In this document: positions 63,701 through 64,000 of the stretch, one piece after another | Layout: every line of letters begins with the position of its first letter | Numbering within the stretch: the first letter of the stretch is position 1 | Source: Bryobacterales bacterium | GTDB taxonomy: Bacteria; Acidobacteriota; Terriglobia; Bryobacterales; UBA6623 | DNA length: 64,000 nt | Direction: 5' to 3' | Assembly (NCBI GenBank): GCA_963422375.2 | Contig: OY729428.2 | Span: forward strand, 480,001-544,000 | Program-made: the position numbers and the translations under genes | The notes under the pieces: model-generated | The model's input: only the letters and a program-made list of their open reading frames with translations | Told to the model about the DNA's origin: nothing | Databases searched by the model: none

Positions 63701-64000
63701 TGGGGCAAGTGCTGGCTGAGAACGCAGACGGCAGTCCCAATGGCCCGGAGAATCCGGCTCGGTCAGGGGCGAGTCTCACCCTATACGCCACTGGGACTGG
63801 TTGGACGAGTCCGACAAGCAACGCCAGTGGCGCGACGAGACCACTTGCACCCGTCAGCGTGGTGATCGGCAACCGAGCGTCGGAACTTGTCTCGGTCAAC
63901 AGCGAAATCCCGACAGAGCTGCCCGGCCGGACGCGGATCAGGGTACGTCTCAGCGACGACACACCTAGCGGTCCGAGGATCCCGGTCTCCGTAGTAGTGG
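57709..64000 (+). CDS. Giant secreted M11 (gametolysin)-like metzincin with BACON, Cys-paired Ig-like and TIGR03437-like modules; runs off the window (>2097 aa)
   Basis: Translated by hand, no stop in frame +1 from ATG 57709 (AAGGAG upstream); HELGHSLGLRH at 58750-58782; EYDDVFDPMG Met-turn. Confidence 0.88.
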   Translation, partial: MSVRARSRYLKERARLCLLACLLLTAAEAAEPSQSAEDTIRRLGAEILARHGISAPVPFEDTQPRTASLPTRELARRRADALVDLIRTDPGRAVSLAFPQEALQELRARSPDLSPDLEKRGSWQGEATLFIADDFENHRSWEYHSVRTSEGYLDAYGIPSGAWSRNGDLVEVAGISVRGQMAVLEARRQEVPDPGLYPAATTCESVGKQKLAVFLVYRKEQEMPTFDASAIRELVFGTRRSLDRYVRTVSFGRAWLSGDVFGPIAVDAKNDEDIMWRFSEEIAREAGIVDLTQYGRVVQLGPGMIIDFGGRSSVGCSGRNYSLFAANTGEECIDGSCRQMPSLETLIHELGHSLGLRHSTSLTADGESLGLEVSTMAIKEYDDVFDPMGSGPEGSFFNARHLRGIGWLDSDNILTVENEGTFKIRNLIDTSSLHDPIALRIRRQPNIDQWIWVESAADTRDSMLARFRFQTRQYRFEEKYGAVIRLEDNSLPIQGGNGEFSKYKTYLLDMTPSVAGFKLPLGITWEDTYSPLSITVDPADGNDLSVRVERQEREASCAGFDEGPRTFTPSSQEGVIDVKAPLNCSWKIRVLADWLEVDASDLAGIGPAQIHFRIPEHTGTFNRQGHVAIGLKSVELIQKARSAPPAIEALHPKSGAGKSGAFRIEVSDPNADVEGIERELESIRLLFRSGRDELCSAIYEFGRRFRLVKPRSSVNDQLDNQIIDDQACTVDFSRSSMSVRGGRAVVVFRVIFSESLPDVLNFEAVASDRDGNASVESGSWMTDEATSGRPKITGVSGFIRPGSPARVRLDATDPDGAFDIASIAIAIRSKTGPEWCSVALDTANRRVVLTGYGQPWQQADAPHTEGPLENEYCTVVPSSMSTLLAYDDASTLRVRVPNVHFSRLFAAPKSVEATVTDRSGHRAERVAEHDLPETVDNGSPGPLPGTVSPNSGAGREQRFEWTYENPDGDGRSTGGRLTFVSSDRSAACLISLSNMSVDLGWFRRQPWADGWSERGLIGSLGVLENDYCSVDLASMKYTVSDYRQTISALVKFKPKLGDLLTLTLSSDSTDQVVRGFWSMRESDNEPFIAAVVDAASLRDVYYRYPAVEPLQALRVYGGNLGPVQTVQALPADPLSLDSGLGGTRMLQWYDRDGEATYETLLPVLMAAGELVETALPHDNAPGNRVAVERGGARSDPFEIRPFAIGSSSGPSLGVFTRDGTGVGQVLAENADGSPNGPESPAPSGAIVTLYATGTGWTGPTGDAGGATSPTAPVSVVIGNRASEVLSANSEIPGELPGRTRIRVRLNDETPGGPRIPVSIVVGGETSQPGITMAVDATGGAGCATSRGVPPPVSPSLQHGILQLEASADCSWKVRSLSDWIELDRPSISGTGPAEVRYKVSEHAGSSDRRGHILVGQDLVAVVQQARPVPPVIESLHPKVGSGRSSSFRVEVSDANAGANVEEELREVSLSFRSGRELVCSVEYSFRNKEFHLDVSTPASRDRRTANEVCDLDLTRSSMRAARDRVVVVFHINFNESLPNVLHVHARAYDREWNTAVESGSWSTEEATSGRPKITGVSGSIRPGSPAQVRLDATDPDGAFDIASIAIAIRSKTGPEWCSVALDTANRKVVLTGYGQPRQQADAPHTEGPLENEYCTVVPSAVSTRAAYDDASTLSVRVPNVHFSRLFAAQKSVEATVTDRSGHRAERVAEHDLPETVDNGSPGPLPGTVSPNSGAGREQRFEWTYENPDGDGRSTGGRLTFVSSDRSAACQIYLSNMSVALGWFRRQPWGSGRSEWERIGSLGVLENDYCSVDLASMKYTVSDYRQTISALVKFKPKLGDLLTLTLSSDSTDQVVRGFWSMRESDNEPFIAAVVDAASLRYVYYEYPFVAPLQALRVVGGNLGPVLPVRALPADSLSLDSGLTGTRVLRWYDRDGQAPEESPIPVLMVANGLVEAAFPHVKGNWNRLAVERNGVRSDPFEVRSSSGPSPSVFTRDGTGVGQVLAENADGSPNGPENPARSGASLTLYATGTGWTSPTSNASGATRPLAPVSVVIGNRASELVSVNSEIPTELPGRTRIRVRLSDDTPSGPRIPVSVVV
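59370..64000 (+). repeat. Intragenic tandem duplication, period 2343 bp (781 aa)
   Basis: About 60031-61005 is near-identical to 62374-63348 at constant offset 2343; flanking parts are homologous but diverged. Confidence 0.92.

Overview
High-GC bacterial DNA, probably Acidobacteriota. This is inferred from the carboxypeptidase-domain TonB-dependent receptor, the DUF1592/DUF1552 pair, the PVC-type cytochrome dehydrogenase and TIGR03437-like domains. 1-19.3 kb is a defence/mobile island: Fic protein, complete IS1595, class IV aminotransferase, an AddB/AddA-like nuclease-helicase pair, an intact MmeI-family restriction-modification gene, an ISDol1-like IS, and a second, broken MmeI copy. 19.9-31.7 kb holds a DUF1592-DUF1552-ankyrin-TonB receptor operon and two Tat-exported proteins. 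31.8-38.8 kb is an IS graveyard with remnants of HNH, DNA methyltransferase and probable ATPase genes, an intact toxin-antitoxin pair and a MITE. 39-57.4 kb is metabolic: GMC oxidoreductase, triple-RidA lipoprotein, deoxyhypusine synthase-like gene, purQLF, and a UGSC selenoprotein that the ORF track splits at an in-frame TGA followed by a SECIS-like hairpin. 57.7 kb to the end is one ORF of >2097 aa absent from the ORF track: a secreted M11-type metzincin with a tandemly duplicated ~781-aa module. The IS pseudogenes show many short tandem duplications and an apparent T>C/A>G substitution bias. Family assignments are by motif recognition only; no database searches were run.
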